From positions 124,001 to 178,179 of the forward strand of contig JBEKTZ010000009.1 in the NCBI GenBank assembly GCA_049515535.1: DNA of 54,179 bases, written 5' to 3'. Of this stretch, positions 1 through 8,886 are shown one piece after another. The first letter of the stretch is position 1. Every line of letters begins with the position of its first letter. The translations under genes and the position numbers were made by a program. A model generated the notes under the pieces. That model was not told the origin of the DNA, searched no databases, and saw only the letters and a list, made by a program, of their open reading frames with translations. This stretch comes from Candidatus Aminicenantales bacterium. GTDB taxonomy: Bacteria > Acidobacteriota > Aminicenantia > Aminicenantales > UBA4085.

Positions 1-1288
1 TCTTGCTCGTATATCCGATCCGGTTCATGTTGATGGTGACGACGCCGATCGAGCCGGTCGAATCGCCGGGGCCCCAGATGTTGCCGGGCCGGCGCATGAG
101 CTCGCGCTGGTCGAGGTTCAGCCGGCAGCACATGGCCCGGATGTCGCCGGGGTTCATGTCCGTGCCGATGTAGTTCTGGAAATAAGGGATGCCGTATTTG
201 GCCGTGGCCTCGAAGAGAAGCCGGGCGTTCGGCGAATCCCAATCAAAGTCTTTGGTCAGATTGTAGGTCGGGATGGGAAACGTGAAGACGCGGCCCTGGT
301 GGTCGCCTTCGACCATGAGCTCGAGAAAGGCTTTGTTGAACATGTCCACTTCGGCCTGGTAGTCGCCGTAGCAGGAATCGAGCTCCTTGCCGCCGACAAC
401 GGCCTTTTTGTTCTTCATGTCGTCGGGAATGGTCCAGTCGAACGTCAGGTTGGAGAAGGGCGTTTGCCAGCCCCAGCGGGAAGGCACGTTGAGCCCGAAA
501 ATGAGTTTTTGGACGTCCTGTTTCACATGGTCATAATCCAGCTTGTCGTGACGGATGAACGGCGCGAGCAGTGTGTCGACGCTCGAGAACGCTTGGGCTC
601 CGGCGAACTCGCCCTGCATCGTGCCGATGTAATTCACCATGTGGAGGGTGGCCGTTTCCAGATGCTTGGCCGGCGCGGAGTGGACCTGGTTGGGGACATG
701 ACCGAATCCCTTGCGGAGAAGATTTTCGAGCGACCAGCCGGCGCAATAGCCGACGATGGGATAGGACAGGTCATGAAGATGGAAGTCTCCTTCCAAATGG
801 GCCTGCTTGACGCGTTCCGAATAAATCTGGTTCAAGGCGAAATGGGACAGCACCTCGCCCGAAACGCGCGCGTTCAGCCCGGAAAAGCTCATCACGCCTT
901 CGTTGCTGTTCTCGCGGATCTTCCAGTCAACGTCGTTGATATAGTCATTGATCAGGCGTTCGAGGTTGACGCCCGTCTTTTTAGCTTCGCGGATCTCCTT
1001 GTGCCGCTCGCGGTAGAGGATATAGTTCTTGGCCACTTCGTGATAGCCGCGCCGCATGAGGACCATTTCGACGATGTCCTGGATCTGCTCGACCGAGGGA
1101 ATGGTGTATCCGCCGAATTTTTCTTCGAGCATATAGGTGACGATGTCCGAGATCGTCTTGGCATTGCCGTTTTCCGCGACGCCTTGGGCCCCCATGGCCT
1201 TGCTGATGGCGTTCGTGATCTTGTCCTGCGTGAAATCCGTGACCGTTCCATCGCGCTTTTTGATCCGAGCCACGATCTTTGAATTCAT
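1..1288 (-). CDS. nrdD: Anaerobic (class III) ribonucleoside-triphosphate reductase with N-terminal ATP cone; 3' end lies outside the window
   Basis: Manual translation from ATG at 1288 gives MNSKIVARIKKRDG (ATP cone)...HLEGDFHLHDL...YCAGWSL...GAQAFSSVD...FTFPIPTYN...AMCCRL...TGSIGVVTINMNR. Not in the ORF track because the stop is outside the window. Confidence 0.95.
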   Translation of the reverse strand, partial: MNSKIVARIKKRDGTVTDFTQDKITNAISKAMGAQGVAENGNAKTISDIVTYMLEEKFGGYTIPSVEQIQDIVEMVLMRRGYHEVAKNYILYRERHKEIREAKKTGVNLERLINDYINDVDWKIRENSNEGVMSFSGLNARVSGEVLSHFALNQIYSERVKQAHLEGDFHLHDLSYPIVGYCAGWSLENLLRKGFGHVPNQVHSAPAKHLETATLHMVNYIGTMQGEFAGAQAFSSVDTLLAPFIRHDKLDYDHVKQDVQKLIFGLNVPSRWGWQTPFSNLTFDWTIPDDMKNKKAVVGGKELDSCYGDYQAEVDMFNKAFLELMVEGDHQGRVFTFPIPTYNLTKDFDWDSPNARLLFEATAKYGIPYFQNYIGTDMNPGDIRAMCCRLNLDQRELMRRPGNIWGPGDSTGSIGVVTINMNRIGYTSK

Positions 1289-1354
1289 CTCTCTCTTCTC
1301 CTTCCCTTTCGAACGACGCCAACGAAGCTCAAAAGATCAAAAAACCGGTCGGCC

Positions 1355-1402
1355 TGCCTATATCTTGTGGAATGAAACGACTATAAATACAACATCTTGT
1401 AT
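1355..1402. promoter_or_regulatory. Tandem NrdR boxes
   Basis: TGCCTATATCTTGTGG (1355-1370) and ATACAACATCTTGTAT (1387-1402) match the consensus acaCwAtATaTwGtgt, start 32 bp apart, and lie directly upstream of nrdD. Confidence 0.88.
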
Positions 1403-1413
1403 TTACGAATAGG

Positions 1414-1442
1414 AATTTATACTCAAATTTCGGCCCTGTCAA
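1414..1442 (-). promoter_or_regulatory. Sigma70-type promoter of nrdD
   Basis: TTGACA-17 bp-TAAATT on the minus strand, just upstream of the NrdR boxes. Confidence 0.7.
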
Positions 1443-1490
1443 GCGTTTTTTAGAAAAAAAATCGCGGTGATAAATTCAGATGAACGGGGC

Positions 1491-2096
1491 TCAAGCCCCC
1501 AGGCCAAACTTCGCCAGCTCGGCTCCGAGGTCCGTTCCCGGAGCATAAAGAACGCCCTTGATTCCCAGCCGCTCCGCGCCCTCGACATTGGCCCGGATGT
1601 CGTCGATGAAAAGTGTGTTCTCGGGCCGCGAGCCGGTCAACCGCAACGCCTCCCAATAGATGCGCGGATCGGGTTTCATGACCCCCAATCGGAACGAAAG
1701 CACATAGGCGTCGAAGAAGCGCAGTTCCGGAAACCGGCGTTCGATATAGGAATAACGCATCACGTCGCAGTTCGAAAGCAGAGCGAGCTTGGCGCCCGGT
1801 TTCAGCCTCCGGACGGCGTCCAGGGCCGGCCCATTGATCGTGAAGACATCGTTGTACGCGGCGTAGAATTCGTCGAAGCCGATCCGGGCGTCGAGGGCCG
1901 CGGCGGCCCTTGCGTGGAATTCCTCCGGCGAAATCATTCCCTTGTCGAAAAGCCCGAGCAGTTCCGTGTTGTGGTGCGTCACCGCCCGGATGACCTCGAC
2001 CGGACGGGCCGTGTATGCCATCATCCTCCGCAAAAAGAGCGAGTTGTCGAAATGGAGGAGGACCTGGCCGAGATCGGAAATGACGGTATCGATCAT
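1491..2096 (-). CDS. HAD-superfamily phosphatase (YihX-like)
   Basis: MIDTVISDLGQV (motif I), LSN, KPDPRIY, FIDD. ATG at 2096 overlaps the MFS stop (ATGA); the ORF-track N-terminal extension is spurious. Confidence 0.88.
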   Translation of the reverse strand: MIDTVISDLGQVLLHFDNSLFLRRMMAYTARPVEVIRAVTHHNTELLGLFDKGMISPEEFHARAAAALDARIGFDEFYAAYNDVFTINGPALDAVRRLKPGAKLALLSNCDVMRYSYIERRFPELRFFDAYVLSFRLGVMKPDPRIYWEALRLTGSRPENTLFIDDIRANVEGAERLGIKGVLYAPGTDLGAELAKFGLGA

Positions 2097-3454
2097 GCCG
2101 GCTTTTTCTCCGCCCGCTCCAACCGGCCGCCCTCCCGCGCGTCGGCCTTTTTCAGGAGCACGGCAAAGACAAGCCCCGCGAGGCCGAGTCCGGCGAACAT
2201 GATCATGCTGCTCGTATAGGTTTTGGTGATATCGCGGAGGAGGCCGTTGACGAGCGGGAAAATGGCCATCCCGATGTTCTGGATGGCGGTCATCAGACCG
2301 AAGGCCGTCCCCACGCGTTCCTTGCGGACAATCAAAGGGACCGAAGGCCACAGCGCGGCCGGGACGAGCACGAACGCCGCTCCGAGGGCGATCATCGGAT
2401 AGACCGGGTAGAGGCGCGTCAAGCCCATGACCAGATGGCTCGGGATCAGGATCAAGGAGCCGACGATCATCAGCGTCGCCCTTTTCCCGATCTTGTCGAC
2501 AAGCCCGCCGGCGAACGGCGCCAGAATCATGGAGGCGAAGATGATGATCGACGAAATGCCGCCCGCCGTGCTGAAGATGTGAAGAAAATTGTTGAAGACC
2601 TGATGAAGGAATCCTCCGCTGGTTACGGCGACCCTCGCGATTTTCCATTTATCGAAGAAAAAGTCCGTGGACAGGTTGGTGAAGGGGAAGATCGCCGCGT
2701 AAAACGTCAGGCAGAGAAACGTCACATACCAGAACGAGGGCTTGAATTCCCGAATGTCTTTCAGGACGATCTTGTCGCCGCCGCTTTCGTCCCGCAATTT
2801 CAGGATTCGCTCAGCCCGGCGATCCATGACGATATAGACCAAGTTTCCCGCGAGCGAGATCAGGCAGGCGATCACGGCGACGAAGAGCGCCGCCCGATAC
2901 GTTTTGAAATAGCTCGTGAACAGCTCGCCCGTATTGAAGGCGAAGAGGGACCCCATCCGGCAGACCGTCAGGGTGATGCCGAACGAAAGGGCCAGTTCCT
3001 TGTTCTTGAACCAGCGGGCCAGGATCGCGCTCTGAGCGACGATCAGCGGTTCGGATCCGGCGCCGAAAATGAACCGCCCAAGAATAAGAACGGGAATGCT
3101 CCGGGCCTGCCAGACGATCGCGGCGCCGACAAAGACCAGCACTGAGAACAGGAGGCTGGATTTCCGCGTCCCGAGTTTGTCGATCAATACGCCGCCGATC
3201 AAAACGGCCAGGACCGCGGCAATGCTGTAGGCCGTGAAAAAGGAGCCGACCGTCCCGCGCGTCGCGCCGAGGTCCTTGATGAGCGTCGGCGCGATCGCCG
3301 AGACGATATCGTAGGCAAAATAGCAGCCGAAGGAAAGCAGGGCGACAAAAAAGAGGACGCTGAATCGGTAGAGGGCGCGCGCCGGGTGAAAGGTCCCGAA
3401 TGTTTCCGGGATGGCCGTCGTCATGGGAAGCGATCCTTGGGATTCCGGAGCCAT
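2093..3454 (-). CDS. MFS transporter (MFSD1-like)
   Basis: About 12 hydrophobic segments; motif A GVLIDKLGTR and GLVDKIGKR; GRFIFGAGSE; FGCYFAYD. Alternative start at 3424. Confidence 0.88.
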   Translation of the reverse strand: MAPESQGSLPMTTAIPETFGTFHPARALYRFSVLFFVALLSFGCYFAYDIVSAIAPTLIKDLGATRGTVGSFFTAYSIAAVLAVLIGGVLIDKLGTRKSSLLFSVLVFVGAAIVWQARSIPVLILGRFIFGAGSEPLIVAQSAILARWFKNKELALSFGITLTVCRMGSLFAFNTGELFTSYFKTYRAALFVAVIACLISLAGNLVYIVMDRRAERILKLRDESGGDKIVLKDIREFKPSFWYVTFLCLTFYAAIFPFTNLSTDFFFDKWKIARVAVTSGGFLHQVFNNFLHIFSTAGGISSIIIFASMILAPFAGGLVDKIGKRATLMIVGSLILIPSHLVMGLTRLYPVYPMIALGAAFVLVPAALWPSVPLIVRKERVGTAFGLMTAIQNIGMAIFPLVNGLLRDITKTYTSSMIMFAGLGLAGLVFAVLLKKADAREGGRLERAEKKPA

Positions 3455-3455
3455 T

Positions 3456-4094
3456 TCACATGAATGAATAACCGATTAGGATCGTGAAAACGCGGTTTTT
3501 CATCCCCGCTTCGGTTTTGGAAATCGTGGCGAAGCTGGTGCTGTACCGGATGTCGATCATGAACTTCCCGCCCTTGACGTCCAGATCGATCCCGCCGCCC
3601 ACCACCAGGCCGGTATCCATGCTTTTCAGGCCCGTCAGATCGTGGTTTTCTCCGACCGGCCCGTAATAGTCCTCGTAAGTGATATCGAGTTTCGATCGAA
3701 CTTTCCATCCGAGATAGGGGCCGGCAAAAAGCATCGGCCGGGTCCGGCTTTCTTCTCCCAAAGGCACATAGAACTTGGCCAGCAGAGGAAAGTCAAGATA
3801 GGCCAGGCCGATCGACGTGGTCAACACGTAGTCGGCCGTCTCCTCGCGGTACGATGATCCTTTCTTGGAATAGAGGATCTCGGGCTCAATGGCGAAAAAA
3901 TCAGCCAGGCTGAACGTTAAAAATGCGCCGCCCGCGAAGTCGAGCTTGGTCTTCCAGTCGATGCTCTGCTCGGTTCTGGTCAGGGAAGCCAGATTGGCGC
4001 CGATCATGACTCCGATCCTCGTGATCCCGACCGAAGCCTGGGCGAGGGAGGCCGCGAGAAAAAAGAACATTAAAATCGCCAGGAACTTTTTCAT
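3456..4094 (-). CDS. Outer-membrane beta-barrel protein (porin/PorT-like)
   Basis: Signal peptide MKKFLAILMFFFLAASLAQA, alternating beta strands (EPEILYSKKG, YLDFPLLAK, FAGPYLG), C-terminal IGYSFM. Confidence 0.8.
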   Translation of the reverse strand: MKKFLAILMFFFLAASLAQASVGITRIGVMIGANLASLTRTEQSIDWKTKLDFAGGAFLTFSLADFFAIEPEILYSKKGSSYREETADYVLTTSIGLAYLDFPLLAKFYVPLGEESRTRPMLFAGPYLGWKVRSKLDITYEDYYGPVGENHDLTGLKSMDTGLVVGGGIDLDVKGGKFMIDIRYSTSFATISKTEAGMKNRVFTILIGYSFM

Positions 4095-4206
4095 GACAAC
4101 GTCCTTTCGGGACTTGAGTCCCGCCGCATGCGGCCGGTCTTCCTGTGTTTTCCGGCGGGAAGGAACGACATCCGCCGCCATTCCGGAAGGGCGGCCGTCT
4201 CCGGCG

Positions 4207-4623
4207 CTATTTCTTCGTCCCGGTGAGTGGGGCGGACAGATTCATTTCCACGACGGTGATCATGCCCTCGAGCTTGCCGGCGATGAGTTTGACCTCGGTC
4301 TTGATCAGCCGCTCGGCGCCGTCCGGAGGCGTTAGCGTTTTCGCATCGAACTTCAAGGCCTCGCCGTCGAACTCGATATTCGACAGCGGGGCGTTCGTGA
4401 ACAGGCCGTTCTGCTCGCTCATTTGGCCTTCGAGCTTCCCGGCATTCAGCTTGAGTTCCAAGATAAGGAAATAAAATTCACCGCCCGCGTCGATTTGCAG
4501 GGTCCATATGCCGACGAGCGGGGTGTAATCCACTTTCGGCTTGGGCGGGTTTTGGATTGGCGCTCCGACGGCCAGAACGGCCGTCAGCATCATCATGAGG
4601 CCGATTTTCGCAGCGACTTTCAT
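4207..4623 (-). CDS. Hypothetical secreted beta-rich protein
   Basis: Signal peptide, SD GAGGAGG upstream, no recognised domain. Confidence 0.7.
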   Translation of the reverse strand: MKVAAKIGLMMMLTAVLAVGAPIQNPPKPKVDYTPLVGIWTLQIDAGGEFYFLILELKLNAGKLEGQMSEQNGLFTNAPLSNIEFDGEALKFDAKTLTPPDGAERLIKTEVKLIAGKLEGMITVVEMNLSAPLTGTKK

Positions 4624-4850
4624 TCCGGTTCCTCCTCATTCATCGATCACACTTTTTCTCGCGCGACCGAGGAAAAACGAATTTGCCGAGCGGACCGGCG
4701 AAATCGTCGACACCCGTCATCCGCTCTCTAGAGAGACGGGTCTCAGGCAAAGATGAATTCCGTCTCTATAAGAAAAAGGCCGACTCTATTCCGAGGGCCG
4801 GCCCATTCATATCATCTCCGCGGTGCGCTCGCGGCGCTCTCGCTTGATCG

Positions 4851-4918
4851 GTCAAGGGACGAGCCTTCGCGGCGGAAGTGGACCCCCGGGTAAAGCCCGG
4901 GGCCCCGGCCGCCGTGGA
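4851..4918 (+). repeat. Palindromic repeat family A, copy 1
   Basis: GTCAAGGGACGAGCCTTCGCGGCGGAAGTGGACCCCCGGGTAAAGCCCGGGGCCCCGGCCGCCGTGGA, 4 nt past the stop of the 4923 gene. Confidence 0.95.
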
Positions 4919-4922
4919 CGCG

Positions 4923-5696
4923 TCAATAAAGACCGGTGAAGACGACGTCCGCGTGGAAAATCTCCTTGTTCTTGGGACGGAGTTTCTTATCCACGCTCTC
5001 TTTGATGTTCAGATAGAACCAGAAGCGGTCAAACAGCCTCAGCTTTTTGATATAGTACTCGGCGAACTGAGTGCTGTTGTCGACGATGACTCTGAAGGAT
5101 TCGTTCCCTTTTTCGTCTAAGACCGAGATTCCAGTGACCTTGCCGTCGGCGGCGGCGATCGGCTTCCCGAAGAGTTTGCCCTTGCCTTTGCCTTCCCAGT
5201 CCTCGCTTTTATTAATGTTCGTGAGCTTGATTTCTCCATAATCGGCCCGCGCCTTCTGGGAGAAATAATCGGCGGGAACGGCGGCGTCCGTTTTATTGAA
5301 AACGTTCTTGAATTGCGTCGCGCTTTCCTTGATGTCGATGCTCTGGGCGACCATGACCGAGGGGGTTTCTCGATTGAAGAAGGCCTTGACCCTGACGTCT
5401 TTGCCCATAAGGATCGAAGCGTCGCCGTTGTCCACGGGGCCCGCGGCGACGATATCGAATCCCGGGATCTGGGAGATATAAAAATATTGACCGAAAGCGC
5501 TCTTGACGGTTCCGCTGAATTCGTTCACGCCTTCCTTGATGGTCAATCCTTCCTCGGCGGCGGAGCCTTGAGCAGCGGCTTCATTAGGGGTCGGGGCGTT
5601 TCCCGCTTTTTTACAGGCCACGCTTCCCGACATGATCCATAAGAATGCCAACGCGCATATCCCGAGAACCGCGGCAGTCTTGTTCTTTAGAGTCAT
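4923..5696 (-). CDS. Hypothetical lipoprotein
   Basis: MTLKNK...SVA-C lipobox; SD GGAGGT before ATG 5696. Confidence 0.75.
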   Translation of the reverse strand: MTLKNKTAAVLGICALAFLWIMSGSVACKKAGNAPTPNEAAAQGSAAEEGLTIKEGVNEFSGTVKSAFGQYFYISQIPGFDIVAAGPVDNGDASILMGKDVRVKAFFNRETPSVMVAQSIDIKESATQFKNVFNKTDAAVPADYFSQKARADYGEIKLTNINKSEDWEGKGKGKLFGKPIAAADGKVTGISVLDEKGNESFRVIVDNSTQFAEYYIKKLRLFDRFWFYLNIKESVDKKLRPKNKEIFHADVVFTGLY

Positions 5697-5803
5697 AGCC
5701 TGCACCTCCAATATCAGAGTCCGTTCTCAAGAGAAAAGAGAGTATTTTTATATCATTGAAAAACGCAAATGTAAAGAAGAAAATAGGGAGAACGCCGGGC
5801 TCC

Positions 5804-7792
5804 TCATTTTTTCCGGCCGCCGCCGGACCGGGAGGATGAGGAAGACGACGACCCTCTCGAAGAACCGCTGCTGGAGCCTGATGACGAGCGCGAAGGCGCG
5901 CTGAATGATCTCGACGGAGAGACGGAGCTTCTGGACGGAGCGCTATAGCTTCTGGATGGAGCGCTGACGTTTCTCGTCGGGGCTGAGTAGCTCCGGGAAG
6001 GCGTCTCCGTTCTTCTCTGGGGCACACTGGAATTCCTCGAAGAGAAACCTGAACTTCGCGAAGGCGCAGCATCGTTCCCAGAGACGCTGCGGTCCCTGAT
6101 GACTCTTTGGGGAGTCGTGTTGCGCGACGTCCGCGACTCCGAATTATTCGATGAGATATCCCGCGAGGGCCTAGCCGAGAGCGGCGCGCGATTCGTCGGT
6201 TCCGTGCTTTCATATTTGCGCACGATCGTCCGCCCGTTATTGCCGTTTCTCGCCGAAGACGGATTCGACGCCCTTTCCTCCGTGTTCCGGGAGAACGAAC
6301 GGATGGCGGACCGGTCCGCCGGATTGGAAGATCTGTTTTGGAACGTATTCCGGGAGGGAAAACTGCGGATCGATGAGCCGGATCTCAAATCCCGGCCGGC
6401 GCCCGCCGCGTCTTTCCCAGCGATTTTCTGTTCGGGCCGGACGGAAGACGGCTCCGCGGACTTCCTGACGGTGGACGGCCTCAATTCCCCGCGGGAAACG
6501 CCCTTTTCTCCCGCCGCGAAGCTCTTGCTGACGCTTCTTAAGTTCTCTCGGGAAAGGACGGTCCTGGCTTTCGCCGCGATCGCGCCGTCGCGAATGACCG
6601 TGGGTCGCAGATCAGGCTGCGAGGCTCTAAGCGAGATCCGATCGATCTTGGAGATCCTGGACTGGTCCAGGGCGACCTGGGAGATTCTCCGGTTCTGGAG
6701 CTGGTTCCGATGGACCATGACCAGGCTTCTGGAATTATTGGGAAAGTAACCGTTAGAGTAGCGGTCGTAGAACCTGTTGTTGAGGATGACCCCCGGATAG
6801 TTGTAATAGCTCAGCGGGCACCAGCCGATATAATCATTGTCCCAATACCAATGGACCCAGGCGGGACCCCAGGACCAGCGGCTATAGGGGATCCAGTACC
6901 AGCCGAGATTCAGTCCCCAGCCCCACCGGCCGTAATGGGATGTGCACCAGCCCCATGGCTCATAAGAGACCCAAGTCCAGCCGATGATCGGATACCAGGA
7001 CCAGCGTCCGTCCTGATACGGCTGCCAGCCTGAATAAGCTTGCCTCGGGACCCAAACATTTCCATACGAACCCTCATAGACCCAATTGCCGTTGTCGGCG
7101 AGCTCATTTTCGTAATCCGCGTAGTCCGCAGGGAGATAGGTCCGGCTCATGGTCCGGGCATAGACGGCGTCGCGGCTCTCGTTCCAGTCGCCGAAGTCGT
7201 CGCGCCGAGAAATCATGGACGAGGATTCCGAGGTAAAACGTCCGTCAACGGCGACGATCTGCTCGCCCTCTTTGACCAGGACCGAGCCCTCTTCGCCGGC
7301 CGCTTCGGCCGAGCCGCTATAGACGCGGAATTCGGTATCCTTGTTGTCACCGATATCCACCCGATACAATCCCGCTTCCATGACGTAAAAAGATGCGTCC
7401 GGAGTATGGATCTCGAAACTCTTTTCCCTGTCGAGGCTGTTGATTCTGACGAAGAGGCTTCCGGCAAGGAAATGGATTTTGGTCGGATCGGAATCGCTCT
7501 TGGGAAGGGCTATAATGTCCACCTGGGTGAAATCGTCCAGGCGGAGGTGGTTTCGCCGGCCGAGCTGAATCTCCAGGCGTCCGTTTTTCGTCCCGAGCTT
7601 GTCGCCCTCGACGATGACGAGGTTCACCTCGCCTTGCTCATAACCCTGGTCTTGGCCGCGCTGGACATAGACGTCGCCTTTGACGTAGCTCATGCGCGTA
7701 TAACTTCCGCTGTAATATCCCTCGTTCTGAGCGAAAGCGACAAAGGGAAGAACCGCCAATAAGGCCGTTGCGATTGTGATTATCTTTTTCAT
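5804..7792 (-). CDS. Secreted FecR-domain / DUF6600-like protein with a Ser/Arg-rich disordered tail
   Basis: Signal peptide; FecR-like region (RMSYVKGDV, GDKL, FEIHTP, GLYRVD); Trp-rich region (WQPYQDGRW, WGWCTSHYGRW, WGPAWV); low-complexity C-terminus. Confidence 0.8.
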   Translation of the reverse strand: MKKIITIATALLAVLPFVAFAQNEGYYSGSYTRMSYVKGDVYVQRGQDQGYEQGEVNLVIVEGDKLGTKNGRLEIQLGRRNHLRLDDFTQVDIIALPKSDSDPTKIHFLAGSLFVRINSLDREKSFEIHTPDASFYVMEAGLYRVDIGDNKDTEFRVYSGSAEAAGEEGSVLVKEGEQIVAVDGRFTSESSSMISRRDDFGDWNESRDAVYARTMSRTYLPADYADYENELADNGNWVYEGSYGNVWVPRQAYSGWQPYQDGRWSWYPIIGWTWVSYEPWGWCTSHYGRWGWGLNLGWYWIPYSRWSWGPAWVHWYWDNDYIGWCPLSYYNYPGVILNNRFYDRYSNGYFPNNSRSLVMVHRNQLQNRRISQVALDQSRISKIDRISLRASQPDLRPTVIRDGAIAAKARTVLSRENLRSVSKSFAAGEKGVSRGELRPSTVRKSAEPSSVRPEQKIAGKDAAGAGRDLRSGSSIRSFPSRNTFQNRSSNPADRSAIRSFSRNTEERASNPSSARNGNNGRTIVRKYESTEPTNRAPLSARPSRDISSNNSESRTSRNTTPQRVIRDRSVSGNDAAPSRSSGFSSRNSSVPQRRTETPSRSYSAPTRNVSAPSRSYSAPSRSSVSPSRSFSAPSRSSSGSSSGSSRGSSSSSSSRSGGGRKK

Positions 7793-7819
7793 CGCTTTTC
7801 TCCTTCCAATGCTCTTTAA

Positions 7820-7836
7820 AGCAAGACTCGTGCCAA
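7820..7836 (-). promoter_or_regulatory. Sigma54 (-24/-12) promoter
   Basis: TTGGCACGAGTCTTGCT is an exact TGGCACG-N4-TTGC match, 27 bp upstream of ATG 7792. Confidence 0.85.
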
Positions 7837-7939
7837 GAAATTACAGGGAAATCAGCGGAAAATTCAGGCGGGAGGATAAGTCGGCAATTTCCGGTCGTCC
7901 CCATTTAAGGACAACTGCGTGTTAAATAAATCAGTCAAC

Positions 7940-7986
7940 AAAAAAAATCCCCCGCTCTCAAGGAGGGTAGGTAGAGAAGCGGGGGG
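7940..7986 (-). terminator. Intrinsic terminator of the Spy/CpxP-like gene
   Basis: CCCCCGC-t-TCTC...GAGA-GCGGGGG stem followed by ATTTTTTTT. Confidence 0.75.
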
Positions 7987-8013
7987 AAAAGCAAAACTTA
8001 TAAGGAAGAGGCT

Positions 8014-8739
8014 TCAGATTCTTCCAAACCACCTGCGGATGCGCTTGATAATGGCTCTGGCCCAGGGGCGGCCCTGCATCGCTTGACCGCGCAGCCATTG
8101 GAGACCCATCAAGCCGCGGCCCATGCCCATTCCCGGGCGCATCATGCCCTGACCCATGCCAGGCCCCATGCCCATTCCTCGGCCGGGCCCCATGCCCTGA
8201 CCCATTCCGGGGAGCGTTCCGCCGCGCATTCCACGGCCCATTCCCGGTCCCATAAACCGGCCTTGACCCATGGGGCCCATGCCCCTACCCTGCATTCTCC
8301 TCATCAAGCCTTGAGGACCACCCGCTTGTTTCAGCTTGTCAAGCTGTTCCTGGGTCAGGATCTTCTGGAGAGGATTCCGATTGGCAAGGACCTTTTTGGT
8401 CCGCTCGGCACCGAGCTTGGCGATCTGGTCGACAAGTCCGTTGATCTTGTTTTGATCGGCCTTCGCGTCCTTGAGGAGAGGGATCAACTCGCCGCGAAGC
8501 TTTTTCATCTGTTCCTGGAATACTTTCTGCTCGTCCTGGCGGGCTTTTTGCATATCCTTGATTTTCGTTTCCTGTTCCGGCGTCAGATTCAGGAAATTCT
8601 TCAGTCTGTCCTGGGGAGTATTGGGACCTTGAGCGGGCTCAGCCTGCTTTTCCGGCTTCGCCGGGGGTTGCTGGGCAAATGCGCTCACGCTCAAAAAGAG
8701 AAACCCGATAATCGTGACAGCTGCCAAATATTTTTTCAT
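8014..8739 (-). CDS. Spy/CpxP-family periplasmic protein with a Gly/Met-rich tail
   Basis: Signal peptide, two LTxxQ motifs (LNLTPEQ, ILTQEQ), helical core, GMGPGMG repeats. Confidence 0.85.
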   Translation of the reverse strand: MKKYLAAVTIIGFLFLSVSAFAQQPPAKPEKQAEPAQGPNTPQDRLKNFLNLTPEQETKIKDMQKARQDEQKVFQEQMKKLRGELIPLLKDAKADQNKINGLVDQIAKLGAERTKKVLANRNPLQKILTQEQLDKLKQAGGPQGLMRRMQGRGMGPMGQGRFMGPGMGRGMRGGTLPGMGQGMGPGRGMGMGPGMGQGMMRPGMGMGRGLMGLQWLRGQAMQGRPWARAIIKRIRRWFGRI

Positions 8740-8886
8740 CTTAAAACCTCCATTTCTATCACCATGGAATTAGACAAAGGTCCCGTCTAATCCTTGGCAA
8801 AAATTTTACCGAAATTATTGCCCTTTTAATAGGAGGCGCGAAGCCGCTTCCCAGCGCACCGGGTTTCTGCGCGGCATGTTTTTGCC

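Noticed and set aside
299..1282. 327-aa plus-strand ORF
   Set aside because: Antisense shadow of nrdD.
2097..2648. N-terminal extension of the 385-aa ORF
   Set aside because: Overlaps the MFS gene in another frame; HAD motif I begins at 2096.
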